A stretch of 64,000 nt of DNA, taken from Sulfurospirillaceae bacterium (GTDB lineage Bacteria > Campylobacterota > Campylobacteria > Campylobacterales > Sulfurospirillaceae). Where the stretch lies: the NCBI GenBank assembly GCA_033723415.1, contig JAWVXD010000002.1:1-64000 (forward strand). Direction: 5' to 3'. A model generated the notes under the pieces. The model saw only the letters and a list, made by a program, of their open reading frames with translations. It made no database searches and was not told the origin of the DNA. This document shows positions 20,441 to 29,384 of this stretch, piece by piece (positions within the stretch are counted from its first letter, which is position 1; the number at the start of each line of letters is the position of its first letter). Made by a program: the position numbers and the translations under genes.

Positions 20441-22774
20441 TTACTCCGCCAACAATTTAATATTTTTTCTAACCACGCTCTCTAGATATTCTTGAGAATA
20501 TGGCTTAGTTATGTATTCACTCATGCCTGACTCTACGCCTCTTAGTCTATCAGATTTGGAAGTTCTGGAAGTTACAGCTATCAATGGTAGATTTTTGTAT
20601 TTTGAATATTTTCTGATTTCATTGGCAAGAGTATAGCCATCCATTCTAGGCATCTCTATGTCTATCAGTACAGCATCAAAATCATACTCACCGGATTTTA
20701 CAAGACTTAATGCTTCTTGTCCGTTTGATGCTTCTACAACGCTGACTCCGATAGGTTTCATTGATTTTATCATGATATTTCTATCCATACTGCTGTCGTC
20801 AACTACCAATACATAATAATCACTCGGGCTTGATTTAGTTTTTGCAACGTTTTCTATACTTGATTTAATGTCGACATTTATATTTTTTGCCAATCCCATT
20901 AATGCTGCAACATCTATAATTAATGTAACTCTACCGTCGCCTCTTATTGTTGCTCCGGCTATGCCGTCTATACCTTGTAAATAATCCCCCATAGATTTTA
21001 TAACGATCTCTTCCTGTCCTACTAAATTATCTACTATTACGCCTAGTTTTGATTCTGCTAAACCAATGACAACCACATAAGCATGCTCGCTATTTTCATA
21101 GACGGTATCTACACCAAATATATCAGACAATCTTACCAAAGAAAGTACTTCATCTCTTAATCTAAGTACATTTTTACCTTCGATAGTATATATCTCATCC
21201 AACTCGATTCTAACTGTTTCTAAAACCGATGCTAAAGGTATAGCATAAAATTCTTCTTGAACGCCAACTAGCAATGCCTGAATGATAGCTAAAGTAAGAG
21301 GAATCTTTAATTTAATAATTGTTCCTTTGCCTATTTCACTGTCTATATCAATTATACCGTTTAATTTTTCGATATTTGTTTTGACAACATCCATACCTAC
21401 GCCTCTTCCTGAGACGCTGGTAACTGAAGCAGCAGTAGAAAATCCTGGTTTAAATATAAGAGTAAGTGCTTCTTTATCACTCATAGTATCAGCTTCCCGC
21501 TCAGTGATTATTCCCTTTTCAAGTGACTTATTGCGAAGCATTTGAGGGTCTAATCCTTTACCGTCATCTACTATCTCTATGACGATATTGTTGCCTTCAT
21601 GATAAGCTTTTAGCTCAATAGTTCCGACTTCCGGTTTTCCTGCCATTTTTCTTATATCTTTATCTTCAATTCCATGATCACATGAATTTCTGATAATATG
21701 AACTAATGGATCACCTATTTCTTCGACTATAGATTTATCAAGTTCTGTTTCCTCTCCTGTTATTTTCAACTCTATAGATTTTTTAAGTTCACGTGACAGA
21801 TCCCTTACCATTCTTGGAAATTTGTTGAAAACTTTAGCAATCGGAAGCATCCTTGTTTTCATAACAGCTATCTGTAGATCGGTTGTAACAAGAGAGACTG
21901 ATGAAACTACTTGATTTAACTCTTCTAAAAATTTTTCTCCCTCATATCTTTCCTCAACATCATCATAGATTTTTAATAATCTATTTTTGCCAAGAACCAA
22001 TTCACCTATGAGGTTCATCAAGTGATCCAGTCTTTTGACTTCAACACGAATAGTTTGTTCTATCGTACTTGCTGCTTGTTTTTTAATTGGTGCACTAGTG
22101 CTGTCATCTTTTGTTTCTTTTTTCTCACTAACCGTTTTTTCTTCTTTATTCTCTGCTTCAACTTTTACGTCTTCTTCTTTTTTCAATGCTGCTTTTTTCT
22201 GTTTGCTTTCTTCTTTTTTCTGCTTTAAAAGACGCTCTATCTCAGCTTCTACCTCATCGTCGCTTAAATTAGAATAATCAACCTCTTCTTCCTCTTCTAT
22301 AGAAGTAGTTTGTGCAGCAATGTCCTCTTCAATTTCTTGCTCTTGAACTTTTGGTTCTTCTTCTTTTATCTCTGATAAATCTTTTCCCTGAGATATAATG
22401 TCAAGACGAGAGCAAATGCCTGATATATCAAGACCAAGCTCAGTATCGTTTCCGTTATCTCGGATAGAGAACAAAAGCGTCTTCATCATGTCTATTGACT
22501 CAAGAACAACATCCATTATCTCCGGTTCTATTTTTAAATCACCTCTTCTTGCTTTATTTAAAACATCTTCCATGTGGTGAGTTAAGGCTGTCAAAACATC
22601 AAAGCTTAAAAATGAAGAAGAACCTTTAACTGTGTGGGCAACTCTGAATATACGATTTAATAACTCTAGATCTTCAGGGTTATTTTCAAGTTCAACTAAG
22701 TCTTGATCGATTTGTTCGATTAGTTCAAACGCTTCAATCAAAAAGTCTTCTAATATTTCTTGAATATCATCCAT
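20441..22774 (-). CDS. cheA: Chemotaxis histidine kinase CheA with C-terminal receiver domain
   Basis: Hpt AHTVKG, HIIRNSCDHG, GRGVGMDVV, CheW domain and REC DIEMPRMDG. Confidence 0.96.
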   Translation of the reverse strand: MDDIQEILEDFLIEAFELIEQIDQDLVELENNPEDLELLNRIFRVAHTVKGSSSFLSFDVLTALTHHMEDVLNKARRGDLKIEPEIMDVVLESIDMMKTLLFSIRDNGNDTELGLDISGICSRLDIISQGKDLSEIKEEEPKVQEQEIEEDIAAQTTSIEEEEEVDYSNLSDDEVEAEIERLLKQKKEESKQKKAALKKEEDVKVEAENKEEKTVSEKKETKDDSTSAPIKKQAASTIEQTIRVEVKRLDHLMNLIGELVLGKNRLLKIYDDVEERYEGEKFLEELNQVVSSVSLVTTDLQIAVMKTRMLPIAKVFNKFPRMVRDLSRELKKSIELKITGEETELDKSIVEEIGDPLVHIIRNSCDHGIEDKDIRKMAGKPEVGTIELKAYHEGNNIVIEIVDDGKGLDPQMLRNKSLEKGIITEREADTMSDKEALTLIFKPGFSTAASVTSVSGRGVGMDVVKTNIEKLNGIIDIDSEIGKGTIIKLKIPLTLAIIQALLVGVQEEFYAIPLASVLETVRIELDEIYTIEGKNVLRLRDEVLSLVRLSDIFGVDTVYENSEHAYVVVIGLAESKLGVIVDNLVGQEEIVIKSMGDYLQGIDGIAGATIRGDGRVTLIIDVAALMGLAKNINVDIKSSIENVAKTKSSPSDYYVLVVDDSSMDRNIMIKSMKPIGVSVVEASNGQEALSLVKSGEYDFDAVLIDIEMPRMDGYTLANEIRKYSKYKNLPLIAVTSRTSKSDRLRGVESGMSEYITKPYSQEYLESVVRKNIKLLAE

Positions 22775-22784
22775 GTTCTCGCCT

Positions 22785-23735
22785 TTACTCTTCATCTTTA
22801 ATATGCGATTTTAAGACTTTTGAAATCTCTTTATAAAAAATCGCTGCATCAAATTTTGTCAAATAGGCTTCACCGCCCGCCTCTTTACCTCTTAATTCGC
22901 TAAAATGGTCACTTATTGAAGAATTAAATATTATAGGGATATTTTTAAATCTCTCATCTTCTTTTATACCTGCAGCAAAGTGAAAACCATCCATTTGCGG
23001 CATTTCAACATCACTTATTATGACTTTTAGTTCACTTTCCAGATTGTCTTTATAAGTATCATGCAATTCTTCAAGTTTTTTAAATCCTTCGACACCATCT
23101 TGTGCTTCGATCACTTTGAGTCCCATTCTCTTAAGTGCATCACTTACTAATTTTCTAGCTATCTTACTGTCATCTAGTATAAGCGCTGTTCCTTTTAGCT
23201 TAAAAATTTCATCTTCTTGTATATCCGTTCTTGGTTTATAAAGGCCCAGTTCTTCTACTACGCTCTCCAGATCAAGGATCAATAAAACTTCATCATTTTC
23301 TATTCTGGTCACGCCTGTGATCTGACTTTTGTCCAAAGTACCTACACCTGAGATAAATGTTGCAGGTTCTATATCTTTCCAACTTATTCTTCTTATTCTT
23401 TTTGCTTCATGCACTATAAAGCCTATAAGAATATCGCTAAATTCTGTTATTATAACTCTGAGTTTCGATTTAACGTCTGCAGGTTCTTTAATATTCATCC
23501 ATTTTGCCAAATTGACAACAGGTATAACAACTCCCCTTAGGTCAAAGATACCGTCTATATACGATGGTACTCCGGGAAGTTCTGTAAGATTTGGAAGTTT
23601 TATAATTTCTCTGACTTTTGATACATTTACGCCGTAAATACCTTCATAAATTCTATCGCCGTCTTGCTTCAAAATACGAAAGTCAACAAGCTCCATTTCA
23701 TTAGAGCCGACTTTTAGCACATTATCATCAAACAT
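22785..23735 (-). CDS. cheV: CheV (CheW-receiver hybrid)
   Basis: GVNVSKVREII CheW domain plus SDVEMPQMDG receiver. Confidence 0.95.
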   Translation of the reverse strand: MFDDNVLKVGSNEMELVDFRILKQDGDRIYEGIYGVNVSKVREIIKLPNLTELPGVPSYIDGIFDLRGVVIPVVNLAKWMNIKEPADVKSKLRVIITEFSDILIGFIVHEAKRIRRISWKDIEPATFISGVGTLDKSQITGVTRIENDEVLLILDLESVVEELGLYKPRTDIQEDEIFKLKGTALILDDSKIARKLVSDALKRMGLKVIEAQDGVEGFKKLEELHDTYKDNLESELKVIISDVEMPQMDGFHFAAGIKEDERFKNIPIIFNSSISDHFSELRGKEAGGEAYLTKFDAAIFYKEISKVLKSHIKDEE

Positions 23736-24465
23736 CGAAGCCCCTTAATTTATTTTCTACAAATTTCATATTTGATGAGAATTGTACAATAAAATAACTT
23801 TGATTGCACGCAAAAGAAGGAAAATTTATATATTTTATATTGTTAACGTTGAAATTCTTATTTTGGTGATAATGCCCCTCAGCAATTATATCGGTATCAA
23901 TATTGATAAATTTTTTGATCTTTGCTCTTATAATATGTTCAAATGCATCTATTTCTGTACATATGTTTTTCTTTAAAAGCTTATTTAAGATCTTTTTAGA
24001 TATATAATTTCTACTAATAGAATCAAAAAAGTTTAAAGTTTTAAGCACTGTTTTATTTCGTATAATGCTCGTATAAAGCATATGCCTTTGACCGCCATAT
24101 TTATCACCATGAAGAAGCAACAGCTTTTTCTCATCAATGGAAAATAAAACCGGCTGTTCTTCTATCTTGTAGAGTTTGACGTTTTTAAATATTTTCTCAA
24201 GTACAAAATCATGGTTGCCCTCAAAATAAAAAACTTCTATCTCTAAAGCTATCTTTTCAAGTAGATCAATGTATCTTTGATACTTTTTTCTCAAGTATTT
24301 TACTTCACCTACAAGCAAATCAAACATATCACCCATGAGGAAGAGTTGCGTTGCCTCGATTTTCTTTGACTCAACAGCCAATAAAAATTGCCAAAAATAA
24401 TCTCTATTATCATTTTCATGGGCATCACTTATGAAAATCGCGCCCTCTTTTACATCAAGGAACAT
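23728..24465 (-). CDS. lpxH: UDP-2,3-diacylglucosamine hydrolase-like metallophosphoesterase
   Basis: SDAH, GDMFD, GNHD, HGD and GHYH motifs; conserved position upstream of cheV. Confidence 0.82.
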   Translation of the reverse strand: MFLDVKEGAIFISDAHENDNRDYFWQFLLAVESKKIEATQLFLMGDMFDLLVGEVKYLRKKYQRYIDLLEKIALEIEVFYFEGNHDFVLEKIFKNVKLYKIEEQPVLFSIDEKKLLLLHGDKYGGQRHMLYTSIIRNKTVLKTLNFFDSISRNYISKKILNKLLKKNICTEIDAFEHIIRAKIKKFINIDTDIIAEGHYHQNKNFNVNNIKYINFPSFACNQSYFIVQFSSNMKFVENKLRGFDV

Positions 24466-25483
24466 ATGATATAACTGGCATTCCTAAGCTCTCTTCAAAA
24501 CCAAACATCAAATTTGCATTTGCTACTGCCTGGGATGAAGATCCTCGCAATATATTATCAATAGTTGCATTCAAATATAACTTTTTACCGACTACTTTGG
24601 CAAAAATATCACAAAAATGTGTACCTGATGGAGATTTCATATCAACAGGTTGCTCATAAATCCTTATAAACGGTTCATCTTTATAAAACTCCCTCAAAAG
24701 TTTCAAGGCATCTAGCCCCTCTTCTTTCAAAAGCATATAACTATCTACCATTTCTCCTCTGATTATCGGTAGTAGGTGTGGTACAAAATTGATATCAAAA
24801 TCAATACCTGAGTGCAGTTTCATTTTCTCTTTTATTTCAGGTTCATGTCTGTGCGTCATAGGATTATACGCAAAAATATTTTCATCTACTGAAACAAAAT
24901 GTGTTTTTTCGGTGCACTTTTTTCCAGCACCGCTTACTCCACTTTTAGCATCCATAAATATAGGATAATTTGGATCGATATACTCACAAAACGGCAAGAC
25001 ACTCAAGAGTGCAGCTGTAGGATAACAACCTGGATTTGCCACCAAAGATGTAGTTTTTATCTTTTCACGATAGAACTCCGGCAGCCCGTAAACTGCATTT
25101 GCAATGTTATTTTTATCAGTATGAGGACAATAATGCTTTTCATAAGTATCTAATTCCAACCTGTAATCAGCAGAAAGATCTACGACTTTTACACCTAGCT
25201 TTAATAATTCTTTTGCAAATCCCATAGATGTTTTGTGAGGCAAAGCTAAAAAAGCTACTTTTGCCACTTTTGCTATATCTTTGGCATCGCTTTTTACAAC
25301 TTCTTTAGACAGTACGCTTCGTAAAGAAGGATGCAAATCTTCTACTTTTACGCCGCCTTCACTAGTCCCGACATAGGCTATCTCAAATTTTGGATGCGTT
25401 ATGATAAGTTTAATCAGCTCTAAACCGGTATATCCGCTAGCTCCGATTATAGCAACCGGTATTTTATTTTCTATATCACTCAA
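24455..25483 (-). CDS. argC: N-acetyl-gamma-glutamyl-phosphate reductase
   Basis: GASGYTG, DLSADYR, ANPGCYPT and SGVSGAG motifs. Confidence 0.96.
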   Translation of the reverse strand: MSDIENKIPVAIIGASGYTGLELIKLIITHPKFEIAYVGTSEGGVKVEDLHPSLRSVLSKEVVKSDAKDIAKVAKVAFLALPHKTSMGFAKELLKLGVKVVDLSADYRLELDTYEKHYCPHTDKNNIANAVYGLPEFYREKIKTTSLVANPGCYPTAALLSVLPFCEYIDPNYPIFMDAKSGVSGAGKKCTEKTHFVSVDENIFAYNPMTHRHEPEIKEKMKLHSGIDFDINFVPHLLPIIRGEMVDSYMLLKEEGLDALKLLREFYKDEPFIRIYEQPVDMKSPSGTHFCDIFAKVVGKKLYLNATIDNILRGSSSQAVANANLMFGFEESLGMPVISYVP

Positions 25484-25964
25484 AACTTATCTCCTCGTAA
25501 TAAATACTTAAAATTTCAAATTCTTTTTCACCGGATGGAAGGGTAACTACAATTTCAGAACCTTCTTCTTTCCCAAACAACTGCTTTGCCAAAGGTGAAT
25601 GAAAAGAGATCAACCCTTTATCAGGATTGCTTTCTGTACTGCCGACAAGAGTATAAATGATTTCGTCTCCGCTATCTAAATCTTCAAGTACGACAGTTGT
25701 TCCAAATCTAACTTTATCATGTTCATAACTACTAGGATCAATCACATGAGCCCTAGTCATCAAATCACTGAGTTCTGCTATTCTACTCTCTATAAAAGAC
25801 TGCTTTTCTCTTGCAGCATGATATTCTGCATTTTCTTTTAAATCCCCATGGCTTCTAGCTATATCAATTTCTTGTACTATATGAGGTCTTTGGTTTTTCT
25901 TTAGATCATTTAGTTCTTCATTAAGTTTTTGAAAACCAAAATTTGTCATTGGCTCTTTTATCAT
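25476..25964 (-). CDS. greA: Transcription elongation factor GreA
   Basis: HGDLKENAEYHAAREKQ and ISFHSPLA motifs. Confidence 0.96.
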   Translation of the reverse strand: MIKEPMTNFGFQKLNEELNDLKKNQRPHIVQEIDIARSHGDLKENAEYHAAREKQSFIESRIAELSDLMTRAHVIDPSSYEHDKVRFGTTVVLEDLDSGDEIIYTLVGSTESNPDKGLISFHSPLAKQLFGKEEGSEIVVTLPSGEKEFEILSIYYEEISFE

Positions 25965-27023
25965 CTATTCTCCTCGTCCATTGTCTTTTTTTGTTATTAT
26001 ATCCAACATCTCGTTCAAAGAGCCTTTGTGCAAGATTTTTCTAAGCAGCAAAGCCTTTTTGAAAAACTTCTCTCTATCCATATTTTTATACTCTGAAAAG
26101 ATATTTTCAACATTTACATCTTCTTGTAACAATTCGATATGCAACTGAGAATAGCCTGCAAAATCAAGTAAAATATTTGCAAGTCCTATATATTTTAATT
26201 TAACGAACTTTTTAGCGATCATGTAGTCTATCTTTTTTGCTTTATATGCCAAGACAAATGGCGTTCCTATAAGTGCCGCTTCCAAAGTTGCCGTCCCTGA
26301 ACATACAAAAGCAAACTCACTTTGTTCAAATGCTTCTTTTGCGTCTCTGGATATCTCAAAAGCACTGATATCACCATATATCTCATCGATCTTTTCTTGT
26401 GTAAAAAATGGAGGAATAACCAAAAGTAAACGTTTATCTATCTTTGTGGCAAGTTCTCTAAAAATCGGCATCAATGCCTTTATCTCACTTTTTCTACTGC
26501 CTGGCAAGAAACAAACTGTACCTAACTCTTCATATCTTGTTTTATACTTTTTTATCTCATCGATCAATGGATGTCCGATAAATTTCGAGCGATTGTAAAA
26601 TCTACTTTCAAAAGGCAGAACCGAGGCTAAAACATCACAGTATTTTTCAACTTTTTTAACTCTTTTTGCTTTCCAAGCCCATACTTGAGGCAAAATATAG
26701 TAGATAATCTGTACATCTGGATTTTTTTCTTTTATAGCTTTTGCCAAAGGCAGATTAAATGCAGGAGAATCAATCAGCAATACTTTATCTACTCCAAAAC
26801 TAAGCTCAACCATCTTTTTTATGGCTTTTTTTGCTTTTTTTATTTTTGGGAGAACATCTAAAAATCCCATAATTGAAAAAGCAGATGAGGGCAAATAAGG
26901 GTTGCCGAACTTTTCATCAAATATTCCAAAAAGTTCACAATTATCTAATTTCTCAAGAATAGGTTCCAGATGTAAATTTGCCGAAGGTTCAAGTGACGAC
27001 ACTAAAAGTTTGATTTTTTCCAA
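25965..27023 (-). CDS. lpxB: Lipid A disaccharide synthase (likely TTG start at 27023)
   Basis: EPSAN, IDSPAFN, PQVWAW, LPGSR and SGTATLE motifs. Confidence 0.95.
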   Translation of the reverse strand: MEKIKLLVSSLEPSANLHLEPILEKLDNCELFGIFDEKFGNPYLPSSAFSIMGFLDVLPKIKKAKKAIKKMVELSFGVDKVLLIDSPAFNLPLAKAIKEKNPDVQIIYYILPQVWAWKAKRVKKVEKYCDVLASVLPFESRFYNRSKFIGHPLIDEIKKYKTRYEELGTVCFLPGSRKSEIKALMPIFRELATKIDKRLLLVIPPFFTQEKIDEIYGDISAFEISRDAKEAFEQSEFAFVCSGTATLEAALIGTPFVLAYKAKKIDYMIAKKFVKLKYIGLANILLDFAGYSQLHIELLQEDVNVENIFSEYKNMDREKFFKKALLLRKILHKGSLNEMLDIITKKDNGRGE

Positions 27024-27162
27024 TAATACGATCCTAAATACTTTATTTATATGTAGTATATAAAAATTTTGATAAAATTTCATAAAAAGTCTAAATAGTC
27101 GCTGTATAATCTAATTTTGATAGTTGCCTATTTTTAGCTTAATATAGTAAAAAAGGTTAGAA

Positions 27163-27783
27163 ATGCTTAAAATGATGATAGGTTTTTTTAAAGATTTTTT
27201 GAAATACAGACACCAAGTGAAAAAACACTCAAACTGGATGGAAAAATACATAAATCAAAAAAATTATGCAATAAATCCAAGTTGGATGATGAGTACAAAT
27301 CTAAAGATTTGGCTTTCTGAGATGGAAGCTACTTTCGGAAAAAGATTTTGCCCTTGTTTTGAACCTTCAAGTGATGAAGTATTAAACAAAAAGATGCTTT
27401 GCCCATGTGAATTTATAGAAGATGAGATCAAAGAATACGGCACTTGTCACTGTGCGTTATTTGGAAAAGCGGATTTGAGCAAAGAGGGTTGGAGTGCATC
27501 TTCGAAAAGACTTATGAGTGAATATAAAATCCCTCTCAATCTGAAGAATGGTATATTAGACACAAGAGGCATGCCTCATGACAGTAGAAGAGACTTACCG
27601 ATTCCTGATGCGATGCACCAGTTAAAAGCCACACTCAATGATTATAGCAATGAAAATTTAAAATTGATAGTATCAAATGAACAAGAAGTTAAAAACCTAG
27701 AAAAAATAGCAAAGTTCCGAAATTTTGGGTTTGAGCAAGAAAAATTTGAAGACAGATACGAGGTAACACTAAAGCTCAGATAG
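27163..27783 (+). CDS. Ferredoxin:thioredoxin reductase catalytic-domain protein with a C-terminal TusA/SirA-like domain
   Basis: CPC...CPC...CHC FTR signature; C-terminus LDTRGM...PIP...LKLIVSN...YEVTLK resembles TusA. Confidence 0.8.
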   Translation: MLKMMIGFFKDFLKYRHQVKKHSNWMEKYINQKNYAINPSWMMSTNLKIWLSEMEATFGKRFCPCFEPSSDEVLNKKMLCPCEFIEDEIKEYGTCHCALFGKADLSKEGWSASSKRLMSEYKIPLNLKNGILDTRGMPHDSRRDLPIPDAMHQLKATLNDYSNENLKLIVSNEQEVKNLEKIAKFRNFGFEQEKFEDRYEVTLKLR

Positions 27784-28266
27784 AACCTTGGTGATGATCT
27801 TCCACTCTTCTAATTTTTCTTCTTTTTTCATTTTTGCAAATGCAGGTGAGGTAGATGGAAGTTTATAAACTGATTTATCACCTTTGTAGATTTTTGTAAA
27901 TTCACTGTATGCTTTGCCTCCGTTACAAAATACATGCTTTATATTAGAATGTTTTTGAAAAAATTGCTCAAAATCCTGATGTTTTGCATTTTTGATAGCA
28001 CTATCCAAACTACCTGCTCTCTCACATGACCCAATCACATCATAAAGTGCAATACGATTTTTTAACAGTATTTCCAATCTTTGGTTATACTCAAGTTTGC
28101 GTTCAAAATGAAATAATTCTGACATGATAAACCAAAATGCATTTTGAGGATGAGCATAGTATTGCATCTCCTCAAGAGATTTTACCGATGGGATAGATCC
28201 TAAGATCAACACATAAGAATTTGTATCTACGATAGGTTCAAAACTCTTTATATCTAGTTTTTTCAT
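27769..28266 (-). CDS. UDG-superfamily DNA glycosylase (deoxyinosine/mismatch type)
   Basis: LGSIPS, YYAHPQNAFW, SLDSAI and LPSTSPA motifs. Confidence 0.88.
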   Translation of the reverse strand: MKKLDIKSFEPIVDTNSYVLILGSIPSVKSLEEMQYYAHPQNAFWFIMSELFHFERKLEYNQRLEILLKNRIALYDVIGSCERAGSLDSAIKNAKHQDFEQFFQKHSNIKHVFCNGGKAYSEFTKIYKGDKSVYKLPSTSPAFAKMKKEEKLEEWKIITKVLSEL

Positions 28267-28472
28267 TCTTCTCTATTTTTCTTTCTTATCTCTGTAACTG
28301 TTTCTCCGCCGATTCCCCAGTTATCTGTGCTAACTTCATCAATTACAACAACTGTAGTCTTTGGATTTTTGTTTAGTGTTTTGACCAATAGCTCTGTTAC
28401 TCCATTTATCAATGCCTTTTTTTGCTCCGAAGTAACTTCTTCATCTGTAATCTTGATGTTAACATATGGCAT
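28263..28472 (-). CDS. 4-oxalocrotonate tautomerase family protein (69 aa; start at ATG 28472)
   Basis: Catalytic N-terminal Pro (MPYVNIK); EQKKALI and NWGIGG motifs. Confidence 0.92.
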   Translation of the reverse strand: MPYVNIKITDEEVTSEQKKALINGVTELLVKTLNKNPKTTVVVIDEVSTDNWGIGGETVTEIRKKNREE

Positions 28473-28584
28473 ATCAATCCTTTTTTTATATAAAAATCTC
28501 TTTGAATCAAGAATTATGGCACAAAAATGTTTATTATTGCAAATAAAAAAGTATAATGTATTTATAAAAATCAAGGAGGGCAAA

Positions 28585-29301
28585 GTGTCTGAAAAACAAA
28601 ATGATAAACTTGCAGTACTAATTGATGCTGATAATGCCCAAGCATCAATAATAGCAGAACTATTAGAAGAGATATCAAAGTTTGGCATCGCCAGCATAAA
28701 AAGAGCTTATGGAGACTGGACGACAACGCATCTGAAGAACTGGAAAGAACATCTGCATAAATATGCTATTCAACCTATGCAGCAATTTAGTTACACTACG
28801 GGAAAAAATTCAACAGATTCATCACTGATCATAGATGCAATGGATATCTTACACGAAAATCATCTTGATGGTTTCTGTATCGTTTCATCCGATAGTGATT
28901 TTACAAGACTTGCTACTAGGATTAGAGAAGCCGGCTTAGTCGTATATGGTTTTGGAGAAGAAAAAACACCCGAATCTTTTACTGCGGCTTGCGATAAATT
29001 CATATTTACGGAAAATCTCAGAAAAAGAGAACATATCAAGAAATCAGATTACAATGAAACAAAACTAAAAGACATCTTGATCAAAGCTATCAATGCGGTT
29101 TCAGCTGATGACGGCTGGGCCAGACTCTCGAGTGTAGCATCTTATATCAATAAAAATATACCCTCATTTGACCCAAGAAGTTATGGCTATGACAAGTATG
29201 GCAAACTCATAAAATCACTGAATTATATTGAAGTTGATGAGAGAGATTTTCACGATGGATCATCCAATGTGCACATGTATATCAAGATAAAAGAGAAGTA
29301 A
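28585..29301 (+). CDS. NYN (PIN-like) domain protein with C-terminal LOTUS/OST-HTH domain (GTG start at 28585)
   Basis: IDADN, RAYGDW, GKNSTD and SSDSDF motifs; FDPRSYGY LOTUS motif; AAGGAGG RBS. Confidence 0.9.
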   Translation: MSEKQNDKLAVLIDADNAQASIIAELLEEISKFGIASIKRAYGDWTTTHLKNWKEHLHKYAIQPMQQFSYTTGKNSTDSSLIIDAMDILHENHLDGFCIVSSDSDFTRLATRIREAGLVVYGFGEEKTPESFTAACDKFIFTENLRKREHIKKSDYNETKLKDILIKAINAVSADDGWARLSSVASYINKNIPSFDPRSYGYDKYGKLIKSLNYIEVDERDFHDGSSNVHMYIKIKEK

Positions 29302-29313
29302 TTCCAAGCCTGA

Positions 29314-29349
29314 AACCATCTAGAAAATTATCTCATTTTCAAGATGGTT
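29314..29349. terminator. Hairpin between the convergent NYN and ABC-F genes
   Basis: AACCATCTaGAAAAT...ATTTTCaAGATGGTT. Confidence 0.55.
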
Positions 29350-29384
29350 GAAAATTCCTTCATCTAATAAACATTTGCTTCTTT

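Noticed and set aside
22030..22380. Low-complexity TCT/TTC-rich stretch resembling a repeat array
   Set aside because: It encodes the Glu/Lys-rich CheA linker and has no fixed repeat unit
20441..23735. CheA-receiver fusion and CheV as novelties
   Set aside because: This is the standard Campylobacterota chemotaxis architecture
28327..28697. Apparent long head-to-head overlap of the NYN and tautomerase ORFs
   Set aside because: An artefact of longest-ORF calling; the likely starts are 28472 (-) and 28585 (+), leaving a normal divergent spacer
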